Of a stretch of DNA of 64,000 nucleotides, positions 44,217-64,000 are shown piece after piece (within the stretch, counting starts at the first letter, position 1; each line of letters starts with the position of its first letter). This stretch comes from the human T2T-CHM13v2.0 reference genome, Homo sapiens: NCBI RefSeq assembly GCF_009914755.1, contig NC_060948.1; one strand, 5' to 3'. The translations under genes were made by a program, and so were the position numbers. Under the pieces are notes generated by a model. The model was not told where the DNA came from. It was given only the letters and a program-made list of their open reading frames with translations, and did no database searches.

Positions 44217-46321
44217 AGATCCATATTTTTTAAATGAAAAAAAATTTCAAAGGTACTCTGCTTGGTACAATAATCAAATGTATAAACTGAGGAATAAAAC
44301 ATAACCATGAAACCTACTTATAACTGCATATGGAAAATACAGAGGATAATTTTTTAAATAACATATTTTGAAAGCCTTAACTAGTAATTTGAAGAGTTGG
44401 CATTTGAAAGGCCAGTATGAATATACCTTCAAAGCAGCAACACAGGTTCCCCATGAGAAAAAGCAAACTCAGGGAAAATAAAACCACAAAGGTTCAATCT
44501 CTTCTGACCTTTGAAAGACACAGCACAGACAGTGGTCCTTAGGACGAAGAGCAGGAGACCCCTAATTCCGTCACCATGGCGATAGGGCATAAACATTGCT
44601 GGGTGAGGGCACAATCCACCTTGTGAGGTCCAACTGCTGCCAGGAAGACAGGAGTGCTTTTACATAGACCGAAAAGTCATTGAAGGCTCAGAGTTTTGTT
44701 TCAAGAACTGAATCCCAAGCCCACACGTTATTAGGCTGCGCTTCTTAAAACAAGTTATGAGATGGGAAAAAGGGCACCCACAAACATACGTATACATTAT
44801 GTATATAATAATATACAGTATCATATATATAATATATATAACCTATGTATAATATTGTTTTACATCCTGCATCTTATGTTATATATATTGTATAAAATAT
44901 AATAATTGATAATATATAAGTTTTATATTTATTCAATATGACATATAGTATATATTATAATTTATGACATATATAGTATATGTTATATATCATATATAGA
45001 ATATATTATACGGTTAATATACGTATTAAATATAAATTATACATTATATATATTATATATAATATATCTGTTATATATAATACCCATTATGCATAATATA
45101 TATATTATGTCTATGATATATATAGTATAAAACAACATATAATAATATATAATTGTATATATAAAATGCGACATATAATATATATTATATTTTATGACAT
45201 ATGTAATATATATTATATATTATATATAATGCGTTGTATGTATAATACCTATATTAAATATATATTACATGACTATGTTATTAATTACATGTCACATGTG
45301 TTATATATTATTTATTTTACATAGAATATACCGGTTACATACAATATATAGTATGTTACCTATAATGTATAATTTATTACATGTAAAATAAAGAATGCAA
45401 TATATTATGTATAATTTATAATATACAATATGTGGAATGTGATATATATAACATATAATATATGATATATGATATAGAGTATATGATATATAACATACAG
45501 TATATGATACCTAATATATATGATATACAATATTTATTTTATGATATGTATTCTATATGTTATATATTCTGTTATATATAACTGTTTGAAATTATATATA
45601 ACTGTATAATATTTTAGGTAAATATGTAATATAATATATATAACTTTATAATATATTATATATAACTATATATTATGTTATATATACTTTTATAACATAA
45701 TTTACATAAAATATCATAATATAATATATATTATATTATTTCATATTACATAATATATATTACATATCACCCAATATAAGTAACATACATAATATTATAA
45801 TATAGATTATATTATGTTATATTAAATATCATATATATCATGTATCATATATTCTATAATATATATTATACATTATATAATATGTATGTTGTCTATTATG
45901 TGATATATATAACTATATATATAATTATATTATTATACATATAACTAGATAAACATGTAATTCTACATATTTTCATTTATAATATATAGAATTATATAAT
46001 CATATATAATTATTTATATTCTATAAAAAATTATATCATTATATAAATTATAATATATAAAAATTATAATATGTACTACAAACATATATATTATATATCA
46101 TATATGATATAGTACCTTTGTTATATATCATAATACATATAAATGTGTATTATGTTATCTATAATTATATAATTTCATATATAAGATGTATAATATGTAT
46201 TATTTATTATATACTTTATGTAATATATATAGTATATATAAGCTGACACAGGATAAATATTATATACTATGACATATAAAATATATGAGGTTATATGTTA
46301 CATATAAGGCATAGCACATAA

Positions 46322-46636
<315 letters not shown>

Positions 46637-48763
46637 AGATCCATATTTTTTAAATGAAAAAAAATTTCAAAGGTACTCTGCTTGGTACAATAATCAAATG
46701 TATAAACTGAGGAATAAAACATAACCATGAAACCTACTTATAACTGCATATGGAAAATACAGAGGATAATTTTTTAAATAACATATTTTGAAAGCCTTAA
46801 CTAGTAATTTGAAGAGTTGGCATTTGAAAGGCCAGTATGAATATACCTTCAAAGCAGCAACACAGGTTCCCCATGAGAAAAAGCAAACTCAGGGAAAATA
46901 AAACCACAAAGGTTCAATCTCTTCTGACCTTTGAAAGACACAGCACAGACAGTGGTCCTTAGGACGAAGAGCAGGAGACCCCTAATTCCGTCACCATGGC
47001 GATAGGGCATAAACATTGCTGGGTGAGGGCACAATCCACCTTGTGAGGTCCAACTGCTGCCAGGAAGACAGGAGTGCTTTTACATAGACCGAAAAGTCAT
47101 TGAAGGCTCAGAGTTTTGTTTCAAGAACTGAATCCCAAGCCCACACGTTATTAGGCTGCGCTTCTTAAAACAAGTTATGAGATGGGAAAAAGGGCACCCA
47201 CAAACATACGTATACATTATGTATATAATAATATACAGTATCATATATATAATATATATAACCTATGTATAATATTGTTTTACATCCTGCATCTTATGTT
47301 ATATATATTGTATAAAATATAATAATTGATAATATATAAGTTTTATATTTATTCAATATGACATATAGTATATATTATAATTTATGACATATATAGTATA
47401 TGTTATATATCATATATAGAATATATTATACGGTTAATATACGTATTAAATATAAATTATACATTATATATATTATATATAATATATCTGTTATATATAA
47501 TACCCATTATGCATAATATATATATTATGTCTATGATATATATAGTATAAAACAACATATAATAATATATAATTGTATATATAAAATGCGACATATAATA
47601 TATATTATATTTTATGACATATGTAATATATATTATATATTATATATAATGCGTTGTATGTATAATACCTATATTAAATATATATTACATGACTATGTTA
47701 TTAAATACATGTCACATGTGTTATATATTATTTATTTTACATAGAATATACCGGTTACATACAATATATAGTATGTTACCTATAATGTATAATTTATTAC
47801 ATGTAAAATAAAGAATGCAATATATTATGTATAATTTATAATATACAATATGTGGAATGTGATATATATAACATATAATATATGATATGTGATATAGAGT
47901 ATATGATATATAACATACAGTATATGATACCTAATATATATGATATACAATATATATTTTATGATATGTATTCTATATGTTATATATTCTGTTATATATA
48001 ACTGTTTGAAATTATATATAACTGTATAATATTTTAGGTAAATATGTAATATAATATATATAACTTTATAATATATTATATATAACTATATATTATGTTA
48101 TATATACTTTTATAACATAATTTACATAAAATATCATAAGATAATATATATTATATTATTTCATATTACATAATATATATTACATATCACCCAATATAAG
48201 TAACATACATAATATTATAATATAGATTATATTATGTTATATTAAATATCATATATATCATGTATCATATATTCTGTAATATATATTATACATTATATAA
48301 TATGTATGTTGTCTATTATGTGATATATATAACTATATATATAATTATATTATTATACATATAACTAGATAAACATGTAATTCTACATATTTTCATTTAT
48401 AATATATAGAATTATATAATCATATATAATTATTTATATTCTATAAAAATTATATCATTATATAAATTAGAATATATAAAAATTATAATATGTACTACAA
48501 ACATATATATTATATATCATATATGATATAGTACCTTTGTTATATATCATAATACATATAAATGTGTATTATGTTATCGATAATTATATAATTTCATATA
48601 TAAGATATATAATATGTATTATATATTATCTATGTTATGTAATATATATAGTATATATAAGATGACACAGGATAAATATTATATACTATGACATATAAAA
48701 TATATGAGGTTATATGTTACATATAAGGCATAGCACATAACATGTAATATATATCATATATAA

Positions 48764-49055
<292 letters not shown>

Positions 49056-51159
49056 AGATCCATATTTTTTAAATGAAAAAAAATTTCAAAGGTACTCTGC
49101 TTGGTACAATAATCAAGTGTATAAACTGAGGAATAAAACATAACCATGAAACCTACTTATAACTGAATATGGAAAATACAGAGGATAATTTTTTAAATAA
49201 CATATTTTGAAAGCCTTAACTAGTAATTTGAAGAGTTGGCATTTGAAAGGCCAGTATGAATATACCTTCAAAGCAGCAACACAGGTTCCCCATGAGAAAA
49301 AGCAAACTCAGGGAAAATAAAACCACAAAGGTTCAATCTCTTCTGACCTTTGAAAGACACAGCACAGACAGTGGTCCTTAGGACGAAGAGCAGGAGACCC
49401 CTAATTCCGTCACCATGGCGATAGGGCATAAACATTGCTGGGTGAGGGCACAATCCACATTGTGAGGTCCAACTGCTGCCAGGAAGACAGGAGTGCTTTT
49501 ACATACACTGAAACGTCATTGAAGGCTCAGAGTTTTGTTTCAAGAACTGAATCCCAAGCCCACACGTTATTAGGCTGCGCTTCTTAAAACAAGTTATGAG
49601 ATGGGAAAAAGGGCACCCACAAACATACGTATACATTATGTATATAATAATATACAGTATCATATATATAATATATATAACCTATGTATAATATTGGTTT
49701 ACATCCTGCATCTTATCATATATATATTGTATAAAATATAATAATTGATAATATATATGTTTTATATTTATACAATATGACATATAGTATATATTATAAT
49801 TTATGACATATATAATATATGTTATATATCATATATAGAATATATTATACGGTTAATATACGTATTAAATATAAATTATACATTATATATATTATATATA
49901 ATATATCTGTTATATATAATACCCATTATGCATAATATATATATTATGTCTATGTTATCTATAGTATAAAACAACATATAATAATATATAATTGTATATA
50001 TAAAATGCGACATATAATATATATTATATTTTATGACATATGTAATATATATTATATATTATATATAATACGTTGTATGTATAATACCTATATTAAATAT
50101 ATATTATATGACTATGTTATTAATTACATGTCACATATGTTATATATTATATATTTTACATAGAATATACCGGTTACATACAATATATACTATGTTACCT
50201 ATAATGTATAATTGATTACATGTAAAATAAAGAATGCAATATATTATGTATAATTTATAGTATACAATATGTGGAATGTGATATATATAACATATAATAT
50301 ATGATATATGATATACAGTATATGATATATAACATACAATATATGATATCTAATATATATGGTATACAATATATATTTTATGTTATGTATTCTATATGTT
50401 TTATATTCTGTTATATATAACTATTTGAAATTATATATAGCTGTATAATATTTTATGTAAATATGTAATATAATATATATAACTATAAAATATATTATAT
50501 ATAACTATATATTATGTTATATATACTTTTATAACATAATTTACATAAAATATCATAATATAATATATACTATATTATTTCACATTACATAATATATATT
50601 ACATATCACCCAATATAAGTAACATACATAATATTATAATATAGATTATATTATGTTATATTAAATATCATATATATCATGTATCATGTATTCTATAATA
50701 TATATTATACATTATATAATATGTATGTTGTCCATTATGTGATATATATAACTATATATATAATTATATTATTATACATATAACTAGATAAACATGTAAT
50801 TCTACATATTTTCCTTTATAATATATAGAATTATATAATCATATATAATTATTTATATTCTATAAAAAATTATATCATTATATAAATTATAATATATAAA
50901 ATTATAAGATGTACTACAAATATATATATTATATATCATATATGATATAGTACCTTTGTTATATATCATAATACATATAAATGTGTATTATGTTACCTAT
51001 AATTTTATAATTTCATATATAAGATGTATAATATGTATTATATATTGTATATGTTATGTAATATATATAGTATATATAAGCTGACACAGGATAAATATTA
51101 TATACTATGACATATAAAATATATGAGGTTATATGTTACATATAAGGCATAGCACATAA

Positions 51160-51474
<315 letters not shown>

Positions 51475-53579
51475 AGATCCATATTTTTTAAATGAAAAAA
51501 AATTTCAAAGGTACTCTGCTTGGTACAATAATCAAATGTATAAACTGAGGAATAAAACATAACCATGAAACCTACTTATAACTGCATATGGAAAATACAG
51601 AGGATAATTTTTTAAATAACATATTTTGAAAGCCTTAACTAGTAATTTGAAGAGTTGGCATTTGAAAGGCCAGTATGAATATACCTTCAAAGCAGCAACA
51701 CAGGTTCCCCATGAGAAAAAGCAAAGTCAGGGAAAATAAAACCACAAAGGTTCAATCTCTTCTGACCTTTGAACGACACAGCACAGACAGTGGTCCTTAG
51801 GACGAAGAGCAGGAGACCCCTAATTCCGTCACCATGGCGATAGGGCATAAACATTGCTGGGTGAGGGCACAATCCACATTGTGAGGTCCAACTGCTGCCA
51901 GGAAGACAGGAGTGCTTTTACATAGACCGAAAGGTCATTGAAGGCTCAGAGTTTTGTTTAAAGAACTGAATCCCAAGCCCACACGTTATTAGGCTGCGCT
52001 TCTTAAAACAAGTTATGAGATGGGAAAAAGGGCACCCACAAACACACGTATACATTATGTATATAATAATATACAGTATCATATATATAATATATATAAC
52101 CTATGTATAATATTGTTTTACATAATGCATCTTATATTATATATATTGTATAAAATATAATAATTGATAATATATAAGTTTTATATTTATACAATATGAC
52201 ATATAGTATATATTATAATTTATGACATGTATAATATATGTTATATATCATATATAGAATATATTATACGGTTAATATACGTATTAAATATAAATTATAC
52301 ATTACATATATTATATATAATATATCTGTTATATATAATACCCATTATGCATAATATATATATTATGTCTATGTTATATATAGTATAAAACAACATATAA
52401 TAATATATAATTGTATATATAAAATGCGACATATAATATATATTATATTTTATGACATATGTAATATATATTATATATTATATATAATACGTTGTATGTA
52501 TAATACCTATAATAAATATATATTATATGACTATGTTATTAATTACATGTCACATGTGTTATATATTATATATTTTACATAGAATATACCGGTTACATAC
52601 AATATATACTATGTTACCTATAATGTATAATTTATTACATGTGAAATAAAGAATGCAATATATTATGTATAATTTATAATATACAATATGTGGAATGTGA
52701 TATATATAACATATAATATATGATATATGATATACAGTATATGATATATAACATACAATATATGATACCTAATATATATGGTATACAATATATATTTTAT
52801 GATATGTATTCTCTATGTTTTATATTCTGTTATATATAACTATTTGAAACTATATATAACTGTATAATATTTTATGTAAATATGTAATATAATATATATA
52901 ACTATATAATATATTATATATAACTATATATTATGTTATATATACTTTTATAACATAATTTATATAAAATATCATAATATAATATATATTATATTATTTC
53001 ATATTACATAATATATATTACATATCACCCAATATAAGTAACATACATAATATTATAATATAGATTATGTTATGTTATATTAAATATCATATATATCATG
53101 TATCATATATTCTATAATATATATTATATATTATATAATATGTATGTTGTCTATTATGTGATATATATAACTATATATATAATTATATTATTATACATAT
53201 AACTAGATAAACATGTAATTCTACATATTTTCATTTATAATATACAGAATTATATAATCATATATAATTATTTATATTCTATAAAAAATTATATCATTAT
53301 ATAAATTATAATATATAAAAATTATAATATGTACTACAAATATATATATTATATATCATATATGATATAGTACCTTTGTTATATATCATAATACATATAG
53401 ATGTGTATTATGTTATCTATAATTATATAATTTCATATATAAGATGTATAATATGTATTATATATTATATATGTTATGTAATATATATAGTATATATAAG
53501 ATGACACAGGATAAATATTATATACTATGACATATAAAATATATGAGGTTATATGTTACATATGAGGCATAGCACATAA

Positions 53580-53894
<315 letters not shown>

Positions 53895-55999
53895 AGATCC
53901 ATATTTTTTAAATGAAAAAAAATTTCAAAAGTACTCTGCTTGGTACAATAATCAAATGTATAAACTGAGGAATAAAACATAACCATGAAACCTACTTATA
54001 ACTGCATATGGAAAATACAGAGGATAATTTTTTAAATAACATATTTTGAAAGCCTTAACTAGTAATTTGAAGAGTTGGCATTTGAAAGGCCAGTATGAAT
54101 ATACCTTCAAAGCAGCAACACAGGTTCCCCATGAGAAAAAGCAAACTCAGGGAAAATAAAACCACAAAGGTTCAATCTCTTCTGACCTTTGAAAGACACA
54201 GCACAGACAGTGGTCCTTAGGACAAAGAGCAGGAGACCCCTAATTCCGTCACCATGGCGATAGGGCATAAACATTGCTGGGTGAGGGCACAATCCACATT
54301 GTGAGGTCCAACTGCTGCCAGGAAGACAGGAGTGCTTTTACATAGACCGAAAGGTCATTGAAGGCTCAGAGTTTTGTTTCAAGAACTGAATCCCAAGCCC
54401 ACACGTTATTAGGCTGCGCATCTTAAAACAAGTTATGAGATGGGAAAAAGGGCACCCACAAACATACGTATAAATTATGTATATAATAATATACAGTATC
54501 ATATATATAATATATATAACCTATGTATAATATTGTTTTACATAATGCATCTTATATTATATATATTGTATAAAATATAATAATTGATAATATATAAGTT
54601 TTATATTTATACAATATGACATATAGTATATATTATAATTTATGACTTATATAATATATGTTATATATCATATATAGAATATATTATACGGTTAATATAG
54701 GTATTAAATATAAATTATACATTACATATATTATATATAATATATCTGTTATATATAATACCCATTATGCATAATATATATATTATGTCTATGTTATATA
54801 TAGTACAAAACAACATATAATAATATATAATTGTATATATAAAATGCGACATATAATATATAATATATTTTATGACATATGTAATATATATTATATATTA
54901 TATATAATACGTTGTATGTATAATACCTATAATAAATATATATTATATGACTATGTTATTAATTACATGTCACATGTGTTATATATTATATATTTTACAT
55001 AGAATATACCGTTTACATACAATATAAACTATGTTACCTATAATGTATAATTTATTACATGTAAAATAAAGAATGCAATATATTATGTATAATTTATAAT
55101 ATACAATATGTGGAATGTGATATATATAACATATAATATATGATATATGATATACAGTATATGATATATAACATACAATATATGATACCTAATATATATG
55201 GTATACAATATATATTTTATGATATGTATTCTATATGTTTTATATTCTGTTATATATAACTATTTGAAATTATATATAACTGTATAATATTTTATGTAAA
55301 TATGTAATATAATATATATAACTATATAATATATTATATATAACTATATATTATGTTATATATAATTTTATAACATAATTTACATAAAATATCTTAATAT
55401 AATATATATTATATTATTTCATATTACATAATATATATTACATATCACCCAATATAAGTATCATACATAATATTATAATATAGATTATGTTATGTTATAT
55501 TAAATATCATATATATCATGTATCATATATTCTATAATATATATTATACGTTATATAATATGTATGTTGTCTATTATGTGATATATATAACTATATACAT
55601 AATTATATTATTATACATATAACTAGATAAACATGTAATTCTACATATTTTCATTTATAATATATAGAATTATATAATCATATATAATTATTTATATTCT
55701 ATAAAAAATTATATCATTATATAAATTATAATATATAAAAATTATAATATGTACTACAAATATATATATTATATATCATATATGATATAGTATCTTTGTT
55801 ATATATCATAATACATATAAATGTGTATTATATTATCTATAATTATATAATTTCATATATAAGATGTATAATATGTATTATATATTATATACGTTATGTA
55901 ATATATATAGTATATATAAGATGACACAGGATAAATATTATATACTATGACATATAAAATATATGAGGTTATATGTTACATATAAGGCATAACACATAA

Positions 56000-56314
<315 letters not shown>

Positions 56315-58419
56315 AGATCCATATTTTTTAAATGAAAAAAAATTTCAAAAGTACTCTGCTTGGTACAATAATCAAATGTATAAACTGAGGAATAAAACAT
56401 AACCATGAAACCTACTTATAACTGCATATGGAAAATACAGAGGATAATTTTTTAAATAACATATTTTGAAAGCCTTAACTAGTAATTTGAAGAGTTGGCA
56501 TTTCAAAGGCCAGTATGAATATACCTTCAAAGCAGCAACACAGGTTGCCCATGAGAAAAAGCAAACTCAGGGAAAATAAAACCACAAAGGTTCAATCTCT
56601 TCTGACCTTTGAAAGACACAGCACAGACAGTGGTCCTTAGGACGAAGAGCAGGAGACCCCTAATTCCGTCACCATGGCGATAGGGCATAAACATTGCTGG
56701 GTGAGGGCACAATCCACATTGTGAGGTCCAACTGCTGCCAGGAAGACAGGAGTGCTTTTACATAGACCGAAAGGTCATTGAAGGCTCAGAGTTTTGTTTC
56801 AAGAACTGAATCCCAAGCCCACACGTTATTAGGCTGCGCATCTTAAAACAAGTTATGAGATGGGAAAAAGGGCACCCACAAACATACGTATACATTATGT
56901 ATATAATAATATACAGTATCATATATATAATATATATAACCTATGTATAATATTGTTTTACATAATGCATCTTATATTATATATATTGTATAAAATATAA
57001 TAATTGATAATATATAAGTTTTATATTTATACAATATGACATATAGTATATATTATAATTTATGACATATATAATATATGTTATATATCATATATAGAAT
57101 ATATTATACGGTTAATATACGTATTAAATATAAATTATACATTACATATATTATATATAATATATCTGTTATATATAATACCCATTATGCATAATATATA
57201 TATTATGTCTATGTTATATATAGTATAAAACAACATATAATAATATATAATTGTATATATAAAATGCGACATATAATATATATTATATTTTATGACATGT
57301 GTAATATATATTATATATTATATATAATACGTTGTATGTATAATACCTATAATAAATATATATTATATGACTATGTTATTAATTACATATCACATGTGTT
57401 ATATATTATATATTTTACATAGAATATACCGGTTACATACAATATATACTATGTTACCTATAATGAATAATTTATTACATGTAAAATAAAGAATGCAATA
57501 TATTATGTATAATTTATAATATACAATATGTGGAATGTGATATATATAACATATAATATATGATATATGATATACAGTATATGATATATAACATGCAATA
57601 TATGATACCTAATATATATGGTACACAGTATATATTTTATGATATGTATTCTATATGTTTTATATTCTGTTATATATAACTATTTGAAATTATATATAAC
57701 TGTATAATATTTTATGTAAATATGTAATATAATATATATAACTATATAATATATTATATATAACTATATATTATGTTATATATAATTTTATAACATAATT
57801 TACATAAAATATCATAATATAATATATATTATATTATTTCATATTACATAATATATATTACATATCACCCAATATAAGTATCATACATAATATTATAATA
57901 TAGATTATGTTATGTTATATTAAATATCATATATATCATGTATCATATATTCTATAATATATATTATACATTATATAATATGTATGTTGTCTATTATGTG
58001 ATATATATAACTATATATATAGTTATATTATTATACATATAACTAGATAAACATGTAATTCTACATATTTTCATTTATAATATATAGAATTATATAATGA
58101 TACATAATTATTTATATTCTATAAAAAATTATATCATTATATAAATTATAATATATAAAAATTATAATATGTACTACAAATATATATATTATATATCATA
58201 TATGATATAGTACCTTTGTTATATATCATAATACATATAAATGTGTATTATGTTATCTATAATTATATAATTTCACATATAAGATGTATAATATGTATTA
58301 TATATTATATATGTTATGTAATATATATAGTATATATAAGATGACACAGGATAAATATTATATACTATGACATATAAAATATATGAGGTTATATGTTACA
58401 TATAAGGCATAGCACATAA

Positions 58420-58734
<315 letters not shown>

Positions 58735-60836
58735 AGATCCATATTTTTTAAATGAAAAAAAATTTCAAAGGTACTCTGCTTGGTACAATAATCAAATGTA
58801 TAAACTGAGGAATAAAACATAACCATGAAACTACTTATAACTGCATATGGAAAATACACAGGATAATTTTTTAAATAACATATTTTGAAAGCCTTAACTA
58901 GTACTTTGAAGAGTTGGCATTTGAAAGGCCAGTATGAATATACCTTCAAAGCAGCAACACAGGTTCCCCATGAGAAAAAGCAAACTCAGGGAAAATAAAA
59001 CCACAAAGGTTCAATCTCTTCTGACCTTTGAAAGACACAGCACAGACAGTGGCCCTTAGGACGAAGAGCAGGAGACCCCTAAATCCGTCACCATGGCGAT
59101 AGGGCATAAACATTGCTGGGTGAGGGCACAATCCACATTGTGAGGTCCAACTGCTGCCAGGAAGACAGCAGTGCTTTTACATAGACCGAAAGGTCATTGA
59201 AGGCTCAGAATTTTGTTTCAACTACTGAATCTCAAGCCCACACGTTATTAGGCTGCGCTTCTTAAAACAAGTTATGAGATGGGAAAAAGGGCACCCACAA
59301 ACATACGTATACATTATGTATATAATAATATACAGTATCATATATATAATATATATAACCTATGTATAATATTGTTTTACATCCTGCATCTTATATTATA
59401 TATATTGTATAAAATATAATAATTGATAATATATAAGTTTTATATTTATACAATATGACATATAGTATATATTATAATTTATGACATATATAATATATGT
59501 TATATATCATATATAGAATATATTATACGGTTAATATACGTATTAAATATAAATTATACATTATATATATTATATATAATATATCTGTTATATATAATAC
59601 CCATTATGCATAATATATATATTATGTCTGTGTTATATATAGTATAAAACAACATATAATAATATATAATTGTATATATAAAATGCGACATATAATATAT
59701 ATTATATTTTATGACATATGTAATATATATTATATATTATATATAATACGTTGTATGTATAATACCTATAATAAATATATATTATATGACTATGTTATTA
59801 ATTACATGTCACATGTGTTATATATTATATATTTTACATAGAATATACCGGTTACATACAATATATACTATGTTACCTATAATGTATAATTTATTACATG
59901 TGAAATAAAGTATGCAATATATTATGTATAATTTATAATATACAATATGTGGAATGTGATATATATAACATATAATATATGATATATGATATACAGCATA
60001 TGATATATAACATACAATATATGATACCTAATATATATGGTATACAATATATATTTTATGATATGTATTCTATATGTTTTATATTCTGTTATATATAACT
60101 ATTTGAAATTATATATAACTGTATAATATTTTATGTAAATATGTAATATAATATATATAACTATATAATATATTATATATAACTACATATTATGTTATAT
60201 ATACTTTTATAACTTAATTTACATAAAATATCATAATATAATATATATTATATTATTTCATATTACATAATATATATTACATATCACCCAATATAAGTAA
60301 CATACATAATATTATAATATAGATTATATTATGTTATATTAAATATCATATATATCATGTATCATATAATCTATAATATATATTATACATTATATAATAT
60401 GTATGTTGTCTATTATGTGATATATATAACTATATATAGTTATATTATTATACATATAACTAGATAAACATGTAATTCTACATATTTTCATTTATAATAT
60501 ATAGAATTATATAATCATATATAATTATTTATATTCTATAAAAAATTATATCATTATATAAATTATAATATATAAAAATTATAATATGTACTACAAATAT
60601 ATATATTATATATCATATATGATATAGTACCTTTGTTATATATCATAATACATATAAATGTGTATTATGTTATCTATAATTATATAATTTCACATATAAG
60701 ATGTATAATATGTATTATATATTATATATGTTATGTAATATATATAGTATATATAAGATGACACAGGATAAATATTATATACTATGACATATAAAATATA
60801 TGAGGTTATATGTTACATATAAGGCATAGCACATAA

Positions 60837-61151
<315 letters not shown>

Positions 61152-63256
61152 AGATCCATATTTTTTAAATGAAAAAAAATTTCAAAGGTACTCTGCTTGG
61201 TACAATAATCAAATGTATAAACTGAGGAATAAAACATAACCATGAAACCTACTTATAACTGCATATGGAAAATACAGAGGATAATTTTTTAAATAACATA
61301 TTTTGAAAGCCTTAACTAGTAATTTGAAGAGTTGGCATTTGAAAGGCCAGTATGAATATACCTTCAAAGCAGCAACACAGGTTCCCCATGAGAAAAAGCA
61401 AACTCAGGGAAAATAAAACCACAAAGGTTCAATGTCTTCTGACCTTTGAAAGACACAGCACAGACAGTGGCCCTTAGGACGAAGAGCAAGAGACCCCTAA
61501 TTCCGTCACCATGGCGATAGGGCATAAACATTGCTGGGTGAGGGCACAATCCACATTGTGAGGTCCAACTGCTGCCAGGAAGACAGGAGTGCTTTTACAT
61601 AGACCGAAAGATCATTGAAGGCTCAGAGTTTTGTTTCAAGAACTGAATCCCAAGCCCACACGTTATTAGGCTGCGCTTCTTAAAACAAGTTATGAGATGG
61701 GAAAAAGGGCACCCACAGACATACGTATACATTATGTATATAATAATATACAGTATCATATATATAATATATATAACCTATGTATAATATTGTTTTACAT
61801 CCTGCATCTTATATTATATATATTGTTTAAAATATAATAATTGATAATATATAAGTTTTATATTTATACAATATGACATATAGTATATATTATACTTTAT
61901 GACATATATAATATATGTTATATATCATATATAGAATATATTATACGGTTAATATAGGTATTAAATATAAATTATACATTACATATATTATATATAATAT
62001 ATCTGTTATATATAATACCCATTATGCATAATATATATATTATGTCTCTGTTATATATAGTACAAAACAACATATAATAATATATAATTGTATATATAAA
62101 ATGCGACATATAATATATATTATATTTTATGACATATGTAATATATATTATATATTATATATAATACGTTGTATGTATAATACCTATAATAAATATATAT
62201 TATATAACTATGTTATTAATTACATGTCACATGTGTTATATATTATATATTTTACATAGAATATACCGTTTACATACAATATAAACTATGTTACCTATAA
62301 TGTATAATTTATTACATGTAAAATAAAGAATGCAATATATTATGTATAATTTATAATATACAATATGTGGAATGTGATATATATAACATATAATATATGA
62401 TATATGATATACAGCATATGATATATAACATACAATATATGATACCTAATATATATGGTATACAATATATATTTTATGATATGTATTCTATATGTTTTAT
62501 ATTCTGTTATATATAACTATTTGAAATTATATATAACTGTATAATATTTTATGTAAATATGTAATATAATATATATAACTATATAATATATTATATATAA
62601 CTACATATTATGTTATATATAATTTTATAACATAATTTACATAAAATATCATAATATAATATATATTATATTATTTCATATTACATAATATATATTACAT
62701 ATCACCCAATATAAGTATCATACATAATATTATAATATAGATTATGTTATGTTATATTAAATATCATATATATCATGTATCATATATTCTATAATATATA
62801 TTATACGTTATATAATATGTATGTTGTCTATTATGTGATATATATAACTATATACATAATTATATTATTATACATATAACTAGATAAACATGTAATTCTA
62901 CATATTTTCATTTATAATATATAGAATTATATAATCATATATAATTATTTATATTCTATAAAAAATTATATCATTATATAAATTATAATATATAAAAATT
63001 ATACTATGTACTACAAATATATATATTATATATCATATATGATATAGTACCTTTGTTATATATCATAATACATATAAATGTGTATTATATTATCTATAAT
63101 TATATAATTTCATATATAAGATGTATAATATGTATTATATATTATATACGTTATGTAATATATATAGTATATATAAGATGACACAGGATAAATATTATAT
63201 ACAATGACATATAAAATATATGAGGTTATATGTTACATATAAGGCATAACACATAA

Positions 63257-63571
<315 letters not shown>

Positions 63572-64000
63572 AGATCCATATTTTTTAAATGAAAAAAAAT
63601 TTCAAAAGTACTCTGCTTGGTACAATAATCAAATGTATAAACTGAGGAATAAAACATAACCATGAAACCTACTTATAACTGCATATGGAAAATACAGAGG
63701 ATAATTTTTTAAATAACATATTTTGAAAGCCTTAACTAGTAATTTGAAGAGTTGGCATTTCAAAGGCCAGTATGAATATACCTTCAAAGCAGCAACACAG
63801 GTTCCCCATGAGAAAAATCAAACTCAGGGAAAATAAAACCACAAAGGTTCAATCTCTTCTGACCTTTGAAAGACACAGCACAGACAGTGGTCCTTAGGAC
63901 GAAGAGCAGGAGACCCCTAATTCCGTCATCATGGCGATAGGGCATAAACATTGCTGGGTGAGGGCACAATCCACATTGTGAGGTCCAACTGCTGCCAGGA

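Overview
This window is entirely tandem satellite DNA and is best read as human Y-chromosome Yq12 heterochromatin spanning a DYZ1/DYZ2 array boundary. Bases 1-33494 are a (GGAAT)n-derived HSat3 array with a ~3.56-kb unit (DYZ1-type). The EcoRI sites are spaced 3549, 3524, 3574, 3564, 5402, 3523, 3574 and 3553 bp apart. Bases 33495-64000 are a 2.42-kb composite repeat (DYZ2/HSat1B-type: AT-rich tract, antisense Alu, HSATI-like segment) in 13 copies, the first and last partial. I find no credible protein-coding gene, RNA gene, CRISPR array or new gene system. The listed ORFs are translation by-products of the repeats. The interesting signals are structural: an extra 1834-bp half unit whose breakpoint appears in register with a cryptic dimeric substructure of DYZ1, a sharp junction followed by a 768-bp deletion, long-range shared variant blocks in both arrays (including an incipient 3-unit periodicity in DYZ2), and an Alu whose diagnostic bases look AluSc-like. 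All comparisons were made by eye, and the family names rest on recalled unit sizes and composition, not on a database search.
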